A stretch of DNA of 64,000 bases from Gnetum montanum (Eukaryota; Plantae; Gnetophyta): assembly GCA_015680685.1 (NCBI GenBank), contig MNCI01001083.1, forward strand, positions 363,989-427,988. The letters run 5' to 3'. Shown piece after piece: positions 1-12,769 of this stretch. Position 1 is the first letter of the stretch. Each line of letters begins with the position of its first letter. A program made the translations under genes and the position numbers. The notes beneath the pieces were generated by a model that saw only the letters and a list, made by a program, of their open reading frames with translations, was not told the DNA's origin and did no database searches.

Positions 1-2370
1 CCACTTCCCGCTCCCATTTGTGGACCAGGTGTTGGACACCATAGCTGGGCATCGCTACTACAGCTTTTTGGATGGTTATAGTGGTTATAACCAAATCCAA
101 ATAGCACCAGAGGACCAGGCCAAAACTACTTTCATGAGTCCATGGGGGACTTTCATATACAAGAAGATGCCCTTTGGCCTGTGCAATGCGCCCACTACGT
201 TCCAACGCCTTGTCCTAAGCATTTTTCAGCAAAAAATTGGCAATGGTGTAGAAGTCTTCATGGATGACTTCTCCACCTATGGGGCCACGTTCGAGTAAGC
301 CTTGGACCATCTTGAGTAGGTTCTCAAACATTGTGTAGACACCAATCTGCAGCTCAATTGGCAGAAAAGCCATTTGATGGTCCAAGAAAGCATTGTGTTG
401 GGGCATTGCATCTCACAAATAGGGATCAACGTAGATCCTAAAAAGATCAGGGTTATCCAAGGAATCACCTACCAACCAAGTATTGTCAAAGATGTTTGAT
501 CATTCCTTGGACACATTGGTTACTACCGATTATTCATTAAAAACTTCTCGAAGATCGCCAAGCCATTGGTAGAGCTGACAAAGAAGGACGCTTCGTTCAT
601 CTAGACCAAGGAGTGTGAATCTGCATTCCAAGTGCTTAAATAGAAACTCTACTTCTACGAGCCCTTGATTGGTCTAGACCCTTTCACATTATGAAGAATG
701 CATCCAACTTCTCCATGGGAGCCGTGCTTACACAGTGTGACAAGCAGAAACATCCTTATTATATCCACTGTGCAAGCCATAGTATTTTGGGTGCTCAATT
801 GAACTACACCACCACTAAGAAGGAGTTGATGGCAATGGTGTTCACCTTGGATAAATTCTGGCACTATGTGCTCTGATACGAGGTGTTTTTGCATACTGAC
901 CACAATGCTATCTGGTTCCTGATGAACAAACCAACGGTGAGCCCCCGCATTATCTGGTGGCTAGTGATTCTTCAAGAGTTTGATCTTACCATGGTAGATA
1001 GGAAGAGAATGTGGTCGCTGACCACTTGTCTCGGTTGCGATGGGATGATGCAGAAGAGGAGGAGTCCTTATCCAACCAATTTCTAGATGAACTCCTCTTC
1101 ACAAGCACAGTCGATCCTCAAGCAACCAAGGAATCCCCTTGGTTCAACCGCATCCTCACCTACCTCACAACCCAAGAGCTGCCTAAGGAGTGGAACCATT
1201 GGCAAAAACAGTAGTTTCTCCATAAGGCCAAGCATTTCATGGAAATCAATGGCCACCTTTACAAGGTGTGCATAGATAGCTTGGTTCAATGGTATGTCCC
1301 TAATGATGATACGTTGTGCATCCTTTAGGATGCTCATGAGGTCCCTTGCGGGGGCCACTATGATGGATGCCGCACTGCCATTAAGATCATGCTTACAGGA
1401 TATTACTAGCCCACTGTCTTCATGGATGCACAATGGTTTGCCTGCTCTTGCAAATGTTGCCAGAGGGAAGGTGGGATGACGACACGGTTAGAGGGACCTC
1501 AATAGTGGATCTAGCCACTGGAGCCCTTTGACATTTGGGGCATTGACTTCATGGGACCCGTCACACTCCTATCAAACGAAAAGGCATATATCATCATCGA
1601 TGTGTTCTACTGTATAAAGTGGGCCGAAGCAGTAGCTGTCATCAACTGTTCTTCCAACACCGTCGCATAATTTGTCCAACAAAAAATTGTTAATAGGTTT
1701 GGAGTGCCATGTGCACTCATTTCTGATAATGGAACCGATGCAACGATTAGGGGTAACACATAAATTCACAACTCCCTATCACCCCCAAGCCAACGGGCAA
1801 GCTAAAGTCACCAATAGAGAGATCATCAAGATCCTTACCTGAACCATCAGGAAATACAGGAGGGATTGGAGCACTAAGCTTAACGATGCCCTATGGGCCT
1901 ATCGCTCCACTTGGAAACTTCCTGTAGGGTACTCTCCCTATGAGTTAGTGTACAGAAAGTTGTCAACACTTCCCATTTAGGCTAAACTCCGCACACTATC
2001 CATTGCCAGTGACTTAGGCCTTGACCTACCACTAGCACAACATGAACGACTAATCAATCTAAGTGTGCTATAAGAGAATCGATTAGTGGCCCTATCCTCT
2101 AATGAGATCCACAAGGCCTATAACAAAAAATGACATGATCTTTCGATTCGAAAGATCTTGTTCAAATGTGGTGACAAAGTACTGTATTGGAACCCCTCAC
2201 ACATATCCCAATTAAACCAAGTTTCAAACATTATGGGAGGGACCTTACATTGTCTTTGAAACCTTCCCATCTGGGGCCTTGCTCATCCACAAACCTGTGG
2301 ACCCCACCAAAACATAGTTAGTCAACTACCAACAACTGAAACCTTTCCACGAACTCCACTCAATCAGTGC
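1..2370 (+). pseudogene. pol: Degenerate pol (RT, RNase H, integrase)
   Basis: FLDGYSGYNQI, MPFGLCNAPTTFQR, VFMDDFS (RT); ASNFSMGAVL, YTTTKKELMA (RH); HEVPCGGHY...CKCCQR, EPFDIWGIDFMGP, YHPQANGQ, WEGPY (INT); many stops/frameshifts. Confidence 0.95.
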
Positions 2371-3964
2371 AACCACCTCGTCATCACTCAATCAACCACG
2401 CTCCATTTTTTGTATCTTCTCCTTTCCACCTAGTCGTGGGGGAGGCCATCATCCCTGCTGATCCATTCCACTACACCCCTTGCCGTTTCTTCATTTTTTT
2501 TACACTTTTTTATTTTTCACCATCGTTTATACGTTTGCCACTTCTTTGTACATTTTTTTCCTTTCTTTACTTATTTTTCCTTTCTTTATAAATGTTTTAT
2601 TTTTTCGCATAATTTCTAATTTGTCATCTTATTTTCTTCAAATGTTTGGTGCAGACGGTTTTCGTTGCGATGGGTAATGTACACTTGTCTCCCTAGTTGT
2701 CTAGTTTCTACTCTCGCATGGTTCATTTTTGGAATTTACATCTACTTTCCACTCATAAAATTGGCAGTAAGTTCACATCATCCACCCATTCACCCACTCC
2801 ATGGTTTCCCTTCTATTGAGCACATGCAACCCCTTACCTTAACAACATTTTAATTAATGTGTGACTTGTGTAGTTCCCAGACTGAGGGATGGCCCAATGG
2901 TTTGAATCGGGTGTGACTTCAAGGGGAACACTTTAGTTGTTGTTTTTTTTCTGTTCTCTGGGTTGCTGGTGTGTCCTTACAAATTTCCTCCCACTCCAAG
3001 TCTCTCTCCACGGAAGCTTCTAGGCAGTCCAACCTTGCATGGTGTGGTCCTCACTAAAAAAATTCAAAAATTCAAAAAAAAAACACAAATAAAATAAACA
3101 AATAAAATGAGGATTCAAAGCACACCCCTTGGTTGGATGCATGCCAACACGCATGAGTCTTCGCATGGTGTGGTTCCCCTGCACAAAACAAAAAAAAATG
3201 AATCACGGGGGAATTCAAAGCACACCCCTTAGACTGCCTCTCACGGGCCACATGCACTAGTTATGGGACTTCCTTGGTCCCCTCTAACTTTGTCTCATTT
3301 CACTTCCTTCTTCTCACGTTTGTTGGAGTCGTGGTTCTCTGTGAGGTCATTCTTGCTTCCTTAGGGAATGGTTGGGACTTCGTCTATTGCTGTGATGTCA
3401 TTGAATGCAGATGGTTTTGGGTCTGAACTTTGGAACGGTTCTACCGGGTCACTTAATCACATCTCCACATGGGGTTTCCTGTGATCGACGATCGGAATAC
3501 CATTCTCTTGTCTCTCTCTTCATCCAATTCTCTTTGCCACTCACCTCACTACCTGTTTAACGTCGTGAAAGTGTGTCATGGTATCCATGGGCTTCCCATG
3601 CCTTGGCGGGATCTCTTGGGTCGGAGTCTTACTTGGTGAACACCATTCTTAGCCCTGGGGCCCACAGACCTCGGTGTTGATGGCTATGCAGGGGCTACTA
3701 AGGCTATGTTCTGCTATGGGGAGGACCCACCTACATTTCCTTGGTCCCACTTGTTAAGTCTCCCTGCCTTTGGATTTCGTGGTTGACTAGTTTTTGGGTC
3801 CCATCGCTCAATTTATTCCCCGCACAGTTCTTTTTGAGTCATGTTCTCCTCTTTTTGTCTCTTTTTCATGTTTAATTCCCTTCCTCATGTCCTTATCCAT
3901 GTCTAGGCCTTTCACGTGCTTCAACCACCTCAATTTGAAGTTTCAAATTCATCATTTCAGGCTT

Positions 3965-4100
3965 TTTATGGGTTGGTCAACACTAGTCAACGGGTGAACA
4001 CCCCTGCGTCAATGGGGCCCCGTCAACACAATGACTATGTATATGCGACCGCATATACACGGCCTTGTCGACGTAGTGCCTAACCCCTATATATACCCTA
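3965..4100 (+). promoter_or_regulatory. Putative internal promoter for accessory ORF
   Basis: Cluster of GTCAAC/GTCGAC motifs, GACCGCATATACACGGC box similar to LTR U3, TATATATA at 4088-4095. Confidence 0.55.
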
Positions 4101-4237
4101 CCGCACTTTGCCATTTTTCATCATTTGGAGTCCAAACTGAGGGGAGTTTTTGCTATTTTTTCTTCTTAACCTTTCCCAACGCACCTACATTCTGTCATGA
4201 GTCCTCATCAACTAATCCTCATGAGTCCAAACCGGAG

Positions 4238-4470
4238 GTATGCTCTCAGTCGTGGGGGGATGGTACCTTTGTGAAACTAACTATAACTAATTAATTAATT
4301 AATTAGTTTGTTAATTATAAAAAATTTGGCCCTAACCCCTAACTTAATGCTCCAGGAAACTTAACAGTGTGCCTGTGCCATTAACATAACTTTGTCAAAC
4401 TGAGAAAGTATATATGAACCATCTTAAACTACTTATGAATGGTCTAACGGATGCTTATGTTTGATTGCAG
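4238..4470 (+). other. Putative 5'-UTR intron of accessory ORF
   Basis: AG|GTATGC donor at 4238, AT-rich body, CTAAC branch site 4444-4448, TTTGATTGCAG acceptor ending 4470 immediately before ATG 4471. Confidence 0.55.
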
Positions 4471-7400
4471 ATGACACCCAAGGGATGAAGGACCATCTCA
4501 ACCAAGGGACAAGCGCCCACGTATGGGAAGGGGATGACATGTGCAACAGCCAGAGTATGCGGAGGGCTCTTATGCAACTGGGCCCTGCTGTGAGAGACCT
4601 GAGGTGGAATCTGTTCACCAGATTCCCAAAGAGGAGATTCTCAGTGGGCAATCACTCAGGGATGAGACTCCTAGGATAGCACCACGGCTTGAGGTCACCC
4701 TGACCCAAGCCTACCTTGATGCTATCATGCCACGCGAGGTGCAACGGATGGTCCTCCAAGAGCTAAATTTTGGACCATTCCTCGCGAACACTCTAGAAGA
4801 CGTGAGGCTTCAGCTGCAGAATGCTCTGATGTGGCTAATCATCAAAACCAGTGGTGAATGGTAATTAGGAGAAACTTATCTCTTTTGGACGAATCAGCAA
4901 CTAGGTTCAAGAGTAAGAATCAAAGACATTTATGTCTCTTACTCTTTAGAAGTAATAGCACAAGTTCTAGGGTTACTTGAAATTGGGGCAGATGTGGCAC
5001 AAATTCCAAAATAGGTTGATCCAAAGGTAAAGGTGCAATGGATCCAGTGGTGCTATGGAGTTGAGCGCAAGGAATTTGGCTCCTTGACCATGGTGGAGAG
5101 AGTATACTCCAAGATAGCATCTTATTATTTGAATCCAATAGTAAGATCCAGCAAAATCATGGCCTTCTCCACTCATGCGTGTGCCGCCTTGAGTGGGAAA
5201 TTTCCCATGAGTCTTCCACAACTATTGTTTCTGGAGATTAAAAAAAGGTTCGTTGAGAATGAACATGGAAGACACGCTCTCCCTTTTCCCTGCCTAATCC
5301 GAAAGTTATGCAAATGGTCAGGGATAGCACGTTACTCTAATGACATAATCCGATNCGGTGCTATGGAGTTGAGCGCAAGGAATTTGGCTCCTTGACCACG
5401 GTGGAGAGAGTATACTCCAAGATAGCATCTTATTATTTGAATCCAACAGTAAGATCCAGCAAAATCATGACCTTCTCCACTCATGCGTGTGCCGCCTTGA
5501 GTGGGAAATTTCCCATGAGTCTTCCACAACTATTGTTTCTGGAGATTAAAAAAAGGTTCGTTGAGAATGAACATGGAAGACACGCTCTCCCTTTTCCCTG
5601 CCTAATCTGAAAGTTGTGCAAATGGTCAGGGATAGCACGTTACTCTAATGACATAATCCGATGCGCCCCAATTGCCTTGTGGCGAGAGATGATGAAAGAC
5701 AAAACTCCTGCCATCACACAGATTGAGGAAGAGCAGCAACCACCTCCACCACCTACACAAACAATGCAACCGAGCTCACAAACCATTGTAGAATAGATCC
5801 ATGAGATCCAGGAAATGCTCTTGAGCCAACAGGAGCAATCCGGCAAGACTGGTGAAGGAGAGAATACTTCGATCTATTGCCCTACCATGAGTCACCTGGA
5901 ACAAGTGGCTCAATTAGTTAGCTTGCTTGAAAGGGCAGGGCCGATATTCTCCACCACCCGAGCACCAATTCCAACTAAAACAGATCCAAGCATTCAAGGT
6001 GTATCAACCAAAACCCAACAGTTATTCCCTGAAATCTTAGGGAATGCTACTACCTTCTCGGTACGCTTTGAAGATGGTGAAGGGGCAACGGTCCTGCTGA
6101 TGCAGCACTAGGGACAGGAAGTTACAGTCAAAGTGGTTGTTGACACGATTACTATAGCTCTCAATGCACCGGCAACACTTGTACCAAACATTCATGGACT
6201 ACAAGATGTATACGTGTTTGTTGGAACTTCACGTAGCAAGATCAATGCAGCCCAACATGAAGAGCTGTTGGACCGACTGGTGGAAACCGGCCAACTGCCT
6301 CTGGATGTCTTTGACCTTCCGGACACCATTACTGCAACCTAGTCAGAGCTGCTCTCAGTAAGGGGTAAGAGCCTTGTTTTGGAAGGGTAACTTGAAGCTA
6401 CTCAAGTCTCTTGTCAACGCTTGGCAACTGAGGTAGCCCAATTAAGAGCCCAGCTTGCTGTCCAACCATCCTCAACCACAAAATCACCAAAGATGAAGCT
6501 TTTCAACAGCTTCAGCTTAAACTTCAGGTTGTTGAGGATGTGCGAGAAACAGCGATCCTCGACAAGGCTATAGCAGACACCCGAGCGTATCACTTAGAGA
6601 AGAACTTGGTAGAGGTTTGCCAGGAGAATGTGCAGCTGACCATGGAAGTTCATCGCTTGCATAATGTTGGTGCAGAGAATGAACACATGAAAGATTTTAT
6701 CCACCAACAGTATGAGGAGCTAGCCAGGGTGAACGCAGATAAAAGAAGGTTAGTAGCTGAAAATCGAAATCTATCAATGGAGAAGGTTCGGGCATTGTGA
6801 CAGAAGTCTGCAATCAAGATTACTACTTGGAAAAGCAAGGCCCTGAAATTCGAAAAAGTTAAAAATCATTATAGGAACCAAGTGGGATTGCAGAAGGAGG
6901 TAAATGAGAAGCACATTCAAGTCACCAAAGCTAAGATGAACCAAGTTCTCTAGCAGCTTCGAGAGGAAGGCGAGGTATGGTCATCTATCTTTGATGGGTT
7001 GAATGCCTACAACAAAGCATAAATTCACCTAAAGGAGTTACAGATTGGGGAAATGATAGAATACATGGAATTGGCCAACCTTCGATATGCAAATCTGGCT
7101 ATGCTCACAGCCGAAAGACAGTGGTCAGAGTTAGAAAAGCAAGTGGCTGCCTCGTATTTCCTATACAAGGGTGAGTTCTAGGCCCATAAGGCAACAAAAC
7201 AGAAGCTGGCAACAACAAACATAGAACTCAGGGTCCTCTGCCCAAGCTTTGAAGGATAATGCACAGTCGCGGAGGACCTGGCCTGAAGAATGAATGACCA
7301 CCAACAACTGTAGGCATCAATCCGAGCATTCAACATTGAATGCAAGCAATTCGTAGCTTGGTTTTTTAATTTAAAAGAACTCTTTCCAGTGTTGCCATTC

Positions 7401-7670
7401 CCTTGGGCAGTTCCAGCTCTAGCACACATTGGAGAAGCTACCTGAACTGTGAACGATCCCAGAAGCAAAGAAGAAAAGATGAGGGCTCTCTTAGAGGCTT
7501 TCCGGCTTCCTCCAGAAGTTGCAGCTGCCGCTGCGCAACCGTCATTCGTGCTGCCACCAACACATGGGCTAGACGCCAGAGAAGGTCTATCAAAACCACC
7601 ACCCCCACGGATGGTGTGATCTTCTCCAGCAATTTGGTGCATCATTCTACACAGTAGAGGCTCCAGGACT
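4471..7670 (+). pseudogene. Degenerate ~1000-codon accessory (env-like position) ORF: plant-transposon-protein-like N-domain plus long coiled coil
   Basis: Start MTPKG*RTISTKG; motif SLPQLLFLEI...ALPFPCLIRKLC typical of Athila accessory ORFs; heptad-rich E/K/Q/L frame ~6330-7330 read through single stops. Confidence 0.7.
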
Positions 7671-7858
7671 AGCGAGGTGTTCAATTTTGTCTTTGAACAC
7701 CATCATTTTTGTAATTTTTTCTCCTCTGTAACTCAGGCACTTGGTCAAATTCATGTGTTTCATGTATTTGTTTTAGTTATGTGTGTTGCTAATAAGAATC
7801 CATACCTTCCAAATTGTAAAGTAACTCAAGGATGAGTTTTTGCTCAGTTTTGGGGGTA

Positions 7859-8802
7859 TGATGAAGTGTCATTAAGTCTTGCGTTGACCGGGCTGCGCAT
7901 ACGGGGCCGCAAATACATGGCTGCATCGATGCAGGCCCATCGACGTGCCTTCCGTGTCGACGTGGACCCATTGGCATAGCCTTCCTGCATCGACGTGGCC
8001 CTGTTTATGTAGCCGCCTTTCTTGACCTATAAATAAGAGGGCCTTCCGCCTCATTTAGGCATCTTTCAGTTAGTTGTAGCTAAGCTCTTGCAGTTTGTTC
8101 CCATAGGAGATAGAATATTTTCCAAGTGCCCGCAGCAGGTGTAAGAAAAGTAATTGGCTCTTTATTCAATCATTGATGTATCTGAGCCCATTGGCGTGAC
8201 AGCAATAAAGACAAACTATTCCAGCATTCCTTGCAGCATTTAGACTTAGCTATTTTATGCATTCAGTAGTTTAATGTATTTATGCTTTGTTAGTTACATG
8301 TTAATTACTTAATTTTTTGTTATTATTATTTTAATCGCAATTGTTCATTCATAGTTCGTAAAGGCCATAAGTACAACCATCTCGAACGTAAATCAAACAC
8401 TTGGTAAAACCAGTGACACTTAATGTCTGGTAGCCCAAAAGTGTTAGGAGATGCTCAGAATATGCTCGAAAGATGGGACCAAATAATTATGCTAGGAATA
8501 GTTAGAATACAAGTTAGGATAATTAGAGATTAGATAATAGTTTATTCCTTACCTTTCATACCTTAAATTAGCTACCAAAAGATATGCAAAAAGATATAAA
8601 AATCATTAGCCTTAGTCTCACTTAACCATCATAAATGGAACATCACAAGTGAGGTTAGAAAGACAATGACCATTCTAACCTAGAGTTTCACTTGTTAGAG
8701 TCTGGTGTATGTTAAGTACTTACAGTCTACGGAATTCAACTGAGTCACGTGTGAACGCCGTGATTCGTATGGTTGGGCGTAGGGATACCTAGCCGCTCAT
8801 CA
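7859..8802 (+). repeat. 3' LTR of element A (944 bp)
   Basis: TGATGA...TCATCA termini, PPT upstream, TATAAATA 8028-8035; 3' end homologous to LTRs at 36581, 45086, 62884, 33698. Confidence 0.9.
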
Positions 8803-10039
8803 CTAGGTCATCAATGTTGCCAGTTTAAGGCTGTGGTGGGCCATGTTACCAGTTTAAGACCCTAGTAGGCCATGGTCCTAGTTTAAGATCATAGCAGACT
8901 ATAGAAAGATGTCATACAGGCTTGCTTGTTGTAGACCTTTGAAATCGTCAACATCAATCATTCATTACAACATGTCAACTCTAGTAAATAATACTACAAG
9001 CAAACATGTGAGTGTTAGATGAAACCAAGGCTATGTGATGGATTTAGTATTGCATAACAAGGGTTGGATGTTGTTATGAGTAGGCTTGAGTTCTAGAGAG
9101 GAACTTGATTCTATGTGTTTTCTTCTCACCATTATGGTCTTAATGGGAATTTTAGTTAAGGGACCCTTTTTGATGTTTTTTGCTTCAAGGTCAATGGTCA
9201 TTAGGCTACTTTAATATGTTATGGTTTTATAATAGAATGGTATTAGTGCTTAAGGTTTGGATATTTAGTCCAACAGCATCATGAGATAGGTTTATTTAGG
9301 TTTTAAGGCTAGTCGAGTTTGCTTCCTCATCTTCCTAGCTTATTCCTACCTTACAACATGTGCACATCAAGTGGCACTTGTGTAATAAGATTGTTAAAAT
9401 TAATAAAGACTAAAAAAATAATATTAATAATGCGAGATATCATGATAATAGTATGTAAGCTACAGAAACATGTTGAAACAAAGGCCACACCAGTATCTAA
9501 ATAGGGTTAACAAGGCTACAATGCATGAGTTTAGGGCAATACAAGGTCAAACATAGTCAAATATGGTTACATTTTTCCAATTTTAAGCCTTGGTGGCCAT
9601 GTTGCTAGTTTAAGGCCTTGGTAGGCCATAGTTACATGGTGTCAAATGATGGTTAAGAATGGTCAAACCCCATCAACCTAACACCAATCAAAGGCTAAAC
9701 AAAGGTTAAACATGGTCAATAAAGGTTATAAGAAAGAGAATCAGGTGAATATTGTGAGACTACAGTTATGTAGGGGCCATATAATGGTCAAGAAGGTCAA
9801 CAATGCAAAACAAGATTAAAAATAAGTCAAAACACCATGAAATAAGGTCAAATCAAGTGAAATGGAATGCATGTGATAAAGATCAACTAATTCTAGTTAA
9901 AGAGGGTTAGATTTTGTTGACTTTTGGCCTTAGTAGGCCATGGTTTAAGGCTACAAGGATCATAGATGATTTTGAGCATCAATCAGGGCTATTTTGAGGT
10001 TGTTTGGGCTCAAAAAGCAAGGTTTTTAGGGTATCCTCA

Positions 10040-12350
10040 CTGGAATCATGTTGGATCCATGTTGACCAGTGTGAAAGGAGTGACCCCCAATGTGGATGAA
10101 ACATCCAGTTGGTTTCTAAGACTCATTTTGGCCAATCTTTGACTCTCAATGACTTTCATGTCAACATAGTTGACTAGGGAAGGGAATAGGCTAGTTTAGC
10201 ATTAATTTCAATCCTTGGAAGCCCCCATTAGGGCTTGAAAGTTTCATCTATGTTGGATCCACACTAACCAACATGGAGCTAGTGTGGATGCTAATAAAAG
10301 TATGTTGTATGACATTCAAAGGATTAGAATTAGGGGTCTAGGGCCCTCCTAAGGCAATGCAAGGCTAGCTCTATCAAAATTGGTCACTTTGTAGATCAAA
10401 AAACGTCAAAAGTTAGGTTTTAAAGTTACACCCCTACCTTCATGTTGGCCAGCGTGCATGGGAGGGGGCTCAGCATAGAGGATCCAAATATGGACTAAAA
10501 TATGATTAAATAAGGTTGGATGAGTAGCTAGAATCAATATCTTATAGTTTTGTACCTACTAACTGAGTTTTGAGGCTATTTGGGTAGGGTTTTAAGTGTT
10601 AAAACAAGTTTGGAGTAGTCTCCATGCTGGATCAATGTTAGCTAGTGTGGAGTAGAGGGAGTGCCCTTGCTTTTTGGCTTTGGAATGGTCTTAGAGATAA
10701 GTTGACCAAGATTCTAGGCTTCTAGGGTTATAAGCTATGATTTCCCAAGTTTATGATTAATTCTAACCAAGTTTGAAGGCTATTTAAGGTCATGCATGGT
10801 CATACCCCCCTAATCCATGTTGTGCATAATTACTCCAGCATGGGGTAGGGGTGTTGATGGATTTCAAGGGCTAAAATGAGATCAATGAGTGCAATCTTAA
10901 GGTTGTGAGATCCTAGGCTTTGCTAGTGTAGGTTTTTAATCTCCTAGGATGTTTATCTATCATTAAAGAGGGAAAGGCAACACATCCACACAACCTAGCA
11001 TGAATGAAAGGGTGCTCAGCATGGATAGATAAAAATTATCATATCTTGGCCAATTTTGACCATAATCAACCATGCATGTCAACTCCCAAGTTTGTCGATG
11101 TCAAGGGATAGGGTTTATGATCAAAATTTTGTACTTTTGAGGGCTTCTGAGTGGTTTTAGAGGTTATCCCCTAGGATCCACACTAGGTCCATGCTAGCCA
11201 ACATGGAGGATTAAAAGGGATCAATTTTTGGCTATTTTTGATCAATTTCAGTCATGCATGTGCATCTCCAAGATTGTTGGTATTGATGATCGAAGCCTAT
11301 GATCAAAATTTAGTAATTTTAAGGATTTCTAAGTGGTTTCATGAGCTACCCATTGGTTCCATGTTGGCTCCATGTTGTCTAATGTGGAACCACTATTGGG
11401 GACCTTAGGAGGTTGGATTTACTTTTGATCATTTTTAGGAAGTCTAGTGGCTTTTGGAAGTGTTGATAGGGTTAGAGGATAGGTATAAGGTAATTTATCA
11501 TTACTTTGATGTCTATGAGCTCCCATGAACCTTCCTAGTTACATCCACATTGGCTCTACACTAGCTAGCAAGGAAGAAAGGGGTGCCCAGTGTAGAAGAT
11601 AAGAAAATCATGGAATATGGTCATTTTTGATAAGTTTTAACAACTAAAGCCTCTAATAGGGTTGGTTTATCAACAAAAGTAAATTTTTAGGAAAGTATTG
11701 GAAGTTTTGGCCATCCCCCTTTCCATACACACTAGTTCCATGCTAGCTAGCATGGACATGGTCCCCCTAGCATGGATGAACTTGGAATAGAGTTTTGGAC
11801 CACTATCAACAAGATTTGAAAGGGCTTCAAAGCTAATGGGGCTGTAGGAAATCGAAGGTCAAGGTTTAGCATCGAAATCCACTAGTTTGAAGGCTCCTAG
11901 ATGTCCATGTAGTTATTTCCCCCTCCCTCCTCTATCCACATGGGATAGGGTGGCCTTGGTGTGGATGGGAGGGGGATGATGGCTTTTTTCCATTTTTGGT
12001 TGATTTTGAGATGTCTGAAGGCTTTGGCAGGCTTCTGTAGGGTCTAGGGGTTAGTAGGGTAGGTCATAAGGCTATTTTTCTACTGTAAAATTGGTTTTTC
12101 TTAGCATACCTCCAAGGCATACACACTAGATCCATGTTGGGTAGTGTGGACGAACCTCCCCTTAGTGTAGATCAACTAAATCTAAAATTTTTGGTCAATT
12201 TCAACTGGGTTTGACAAGGTTTCAAGGTTTTTGGGGATGACTAGAGGAGTTTGAGGCTATGTGGGCCCACCTTGGGATTGAACCAAGGCTAGATGACCAC
12301 CAGAGGATGAGTATGGATGTCATCCCCCTTGAGCAATGCTAGGCTAGCAT
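10040..12350. repeat. Diverged tandem array, ~13 units of ~185-200 bp with palindromic core CCACGCTGGCCAGCGTGG (decayed)
   Basis: Cores near 10055, 10256, 10441, 10630, 10815, 10987, 11187, 11368, 11556, 11738, 11935, 12131, 12335, e.g. ggatccacactaggtccatgctagccaacatgg. Confidence 0.75.
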
Positions 12351-12769
12351 TGCCTTAGAATTGATGCCCAAAGTAGCAAGTTTTGTTAAGGTTTTACCCC
12401 CTACCGAGCTCTAGGGTTCATGTATGTTGATGGAAGCTGCCAAAAATGGCAAGGATGGTAAAGTTCTATGGTGATGGAGGGTATATTAGCTAAAAGATAA
12501 TTATTGTTACTATTTTTAGGTCCTAACAAGCCATGATATTGTTAGTTTTATGCCTTAGTAGGCCATAATGTCAATTTTAGGCCTTAGAGGGCCATAGTAC
12601 CAGTTTTAGGCCTTGGTGGATCATGAGGTCATGCCCACCTAACAAGAATGGGCTAGTGTTGATACGGCACATAAGGAAAACATAAACCATGAAACATGAT
12701 ATAAGGTTGCAAAGGTGAATAATCTTTTGTTAGCAAAAGAAGGAATAATATATTTACAATGCATTTGTT

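Larger units (their letters stand above)
1..8802 (+). mobile_element. Athila-like Ty3/gypsy LTR retrotransposon, 5' part outside window (element A)
   Basis: RT-RH-INT order, long post-pol spacer, accessory ORF, PPT TTTGGGGGTA (~7849-7858), then LTR TGATGA...CTCATCA. Confidence 0.9.

Noticed and set aside
5048-5663. ~307-bp tandem duplication in the accessory ORF
   Set aside because: Copies are joined at a single N (5355) and are near identical; typical contig-overlap artefact
7178-7684. 168-aa minus-strand ORF and other short track ORFs (e.g. 13583-13930, 37830-38249, 44433-44771)
   Set aside because: Shadow or alternative frames of TE coding or low-complexity sequence; no recognisable motifs
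9540-9585. Candidate 3' LTR start of element B (minus-strand TGTAACCAT at 9571)
   Set aside because: Similarity to 18615 fades after ~20 bp; LTR pair not supportable
10040-12350. CRISPR-like appearance (palindromic repeats with variable spacers)
   Set aside because: Eukaryotic TE context, spacers ~160 bp and mutually related, repeats degenerate, no cas genes
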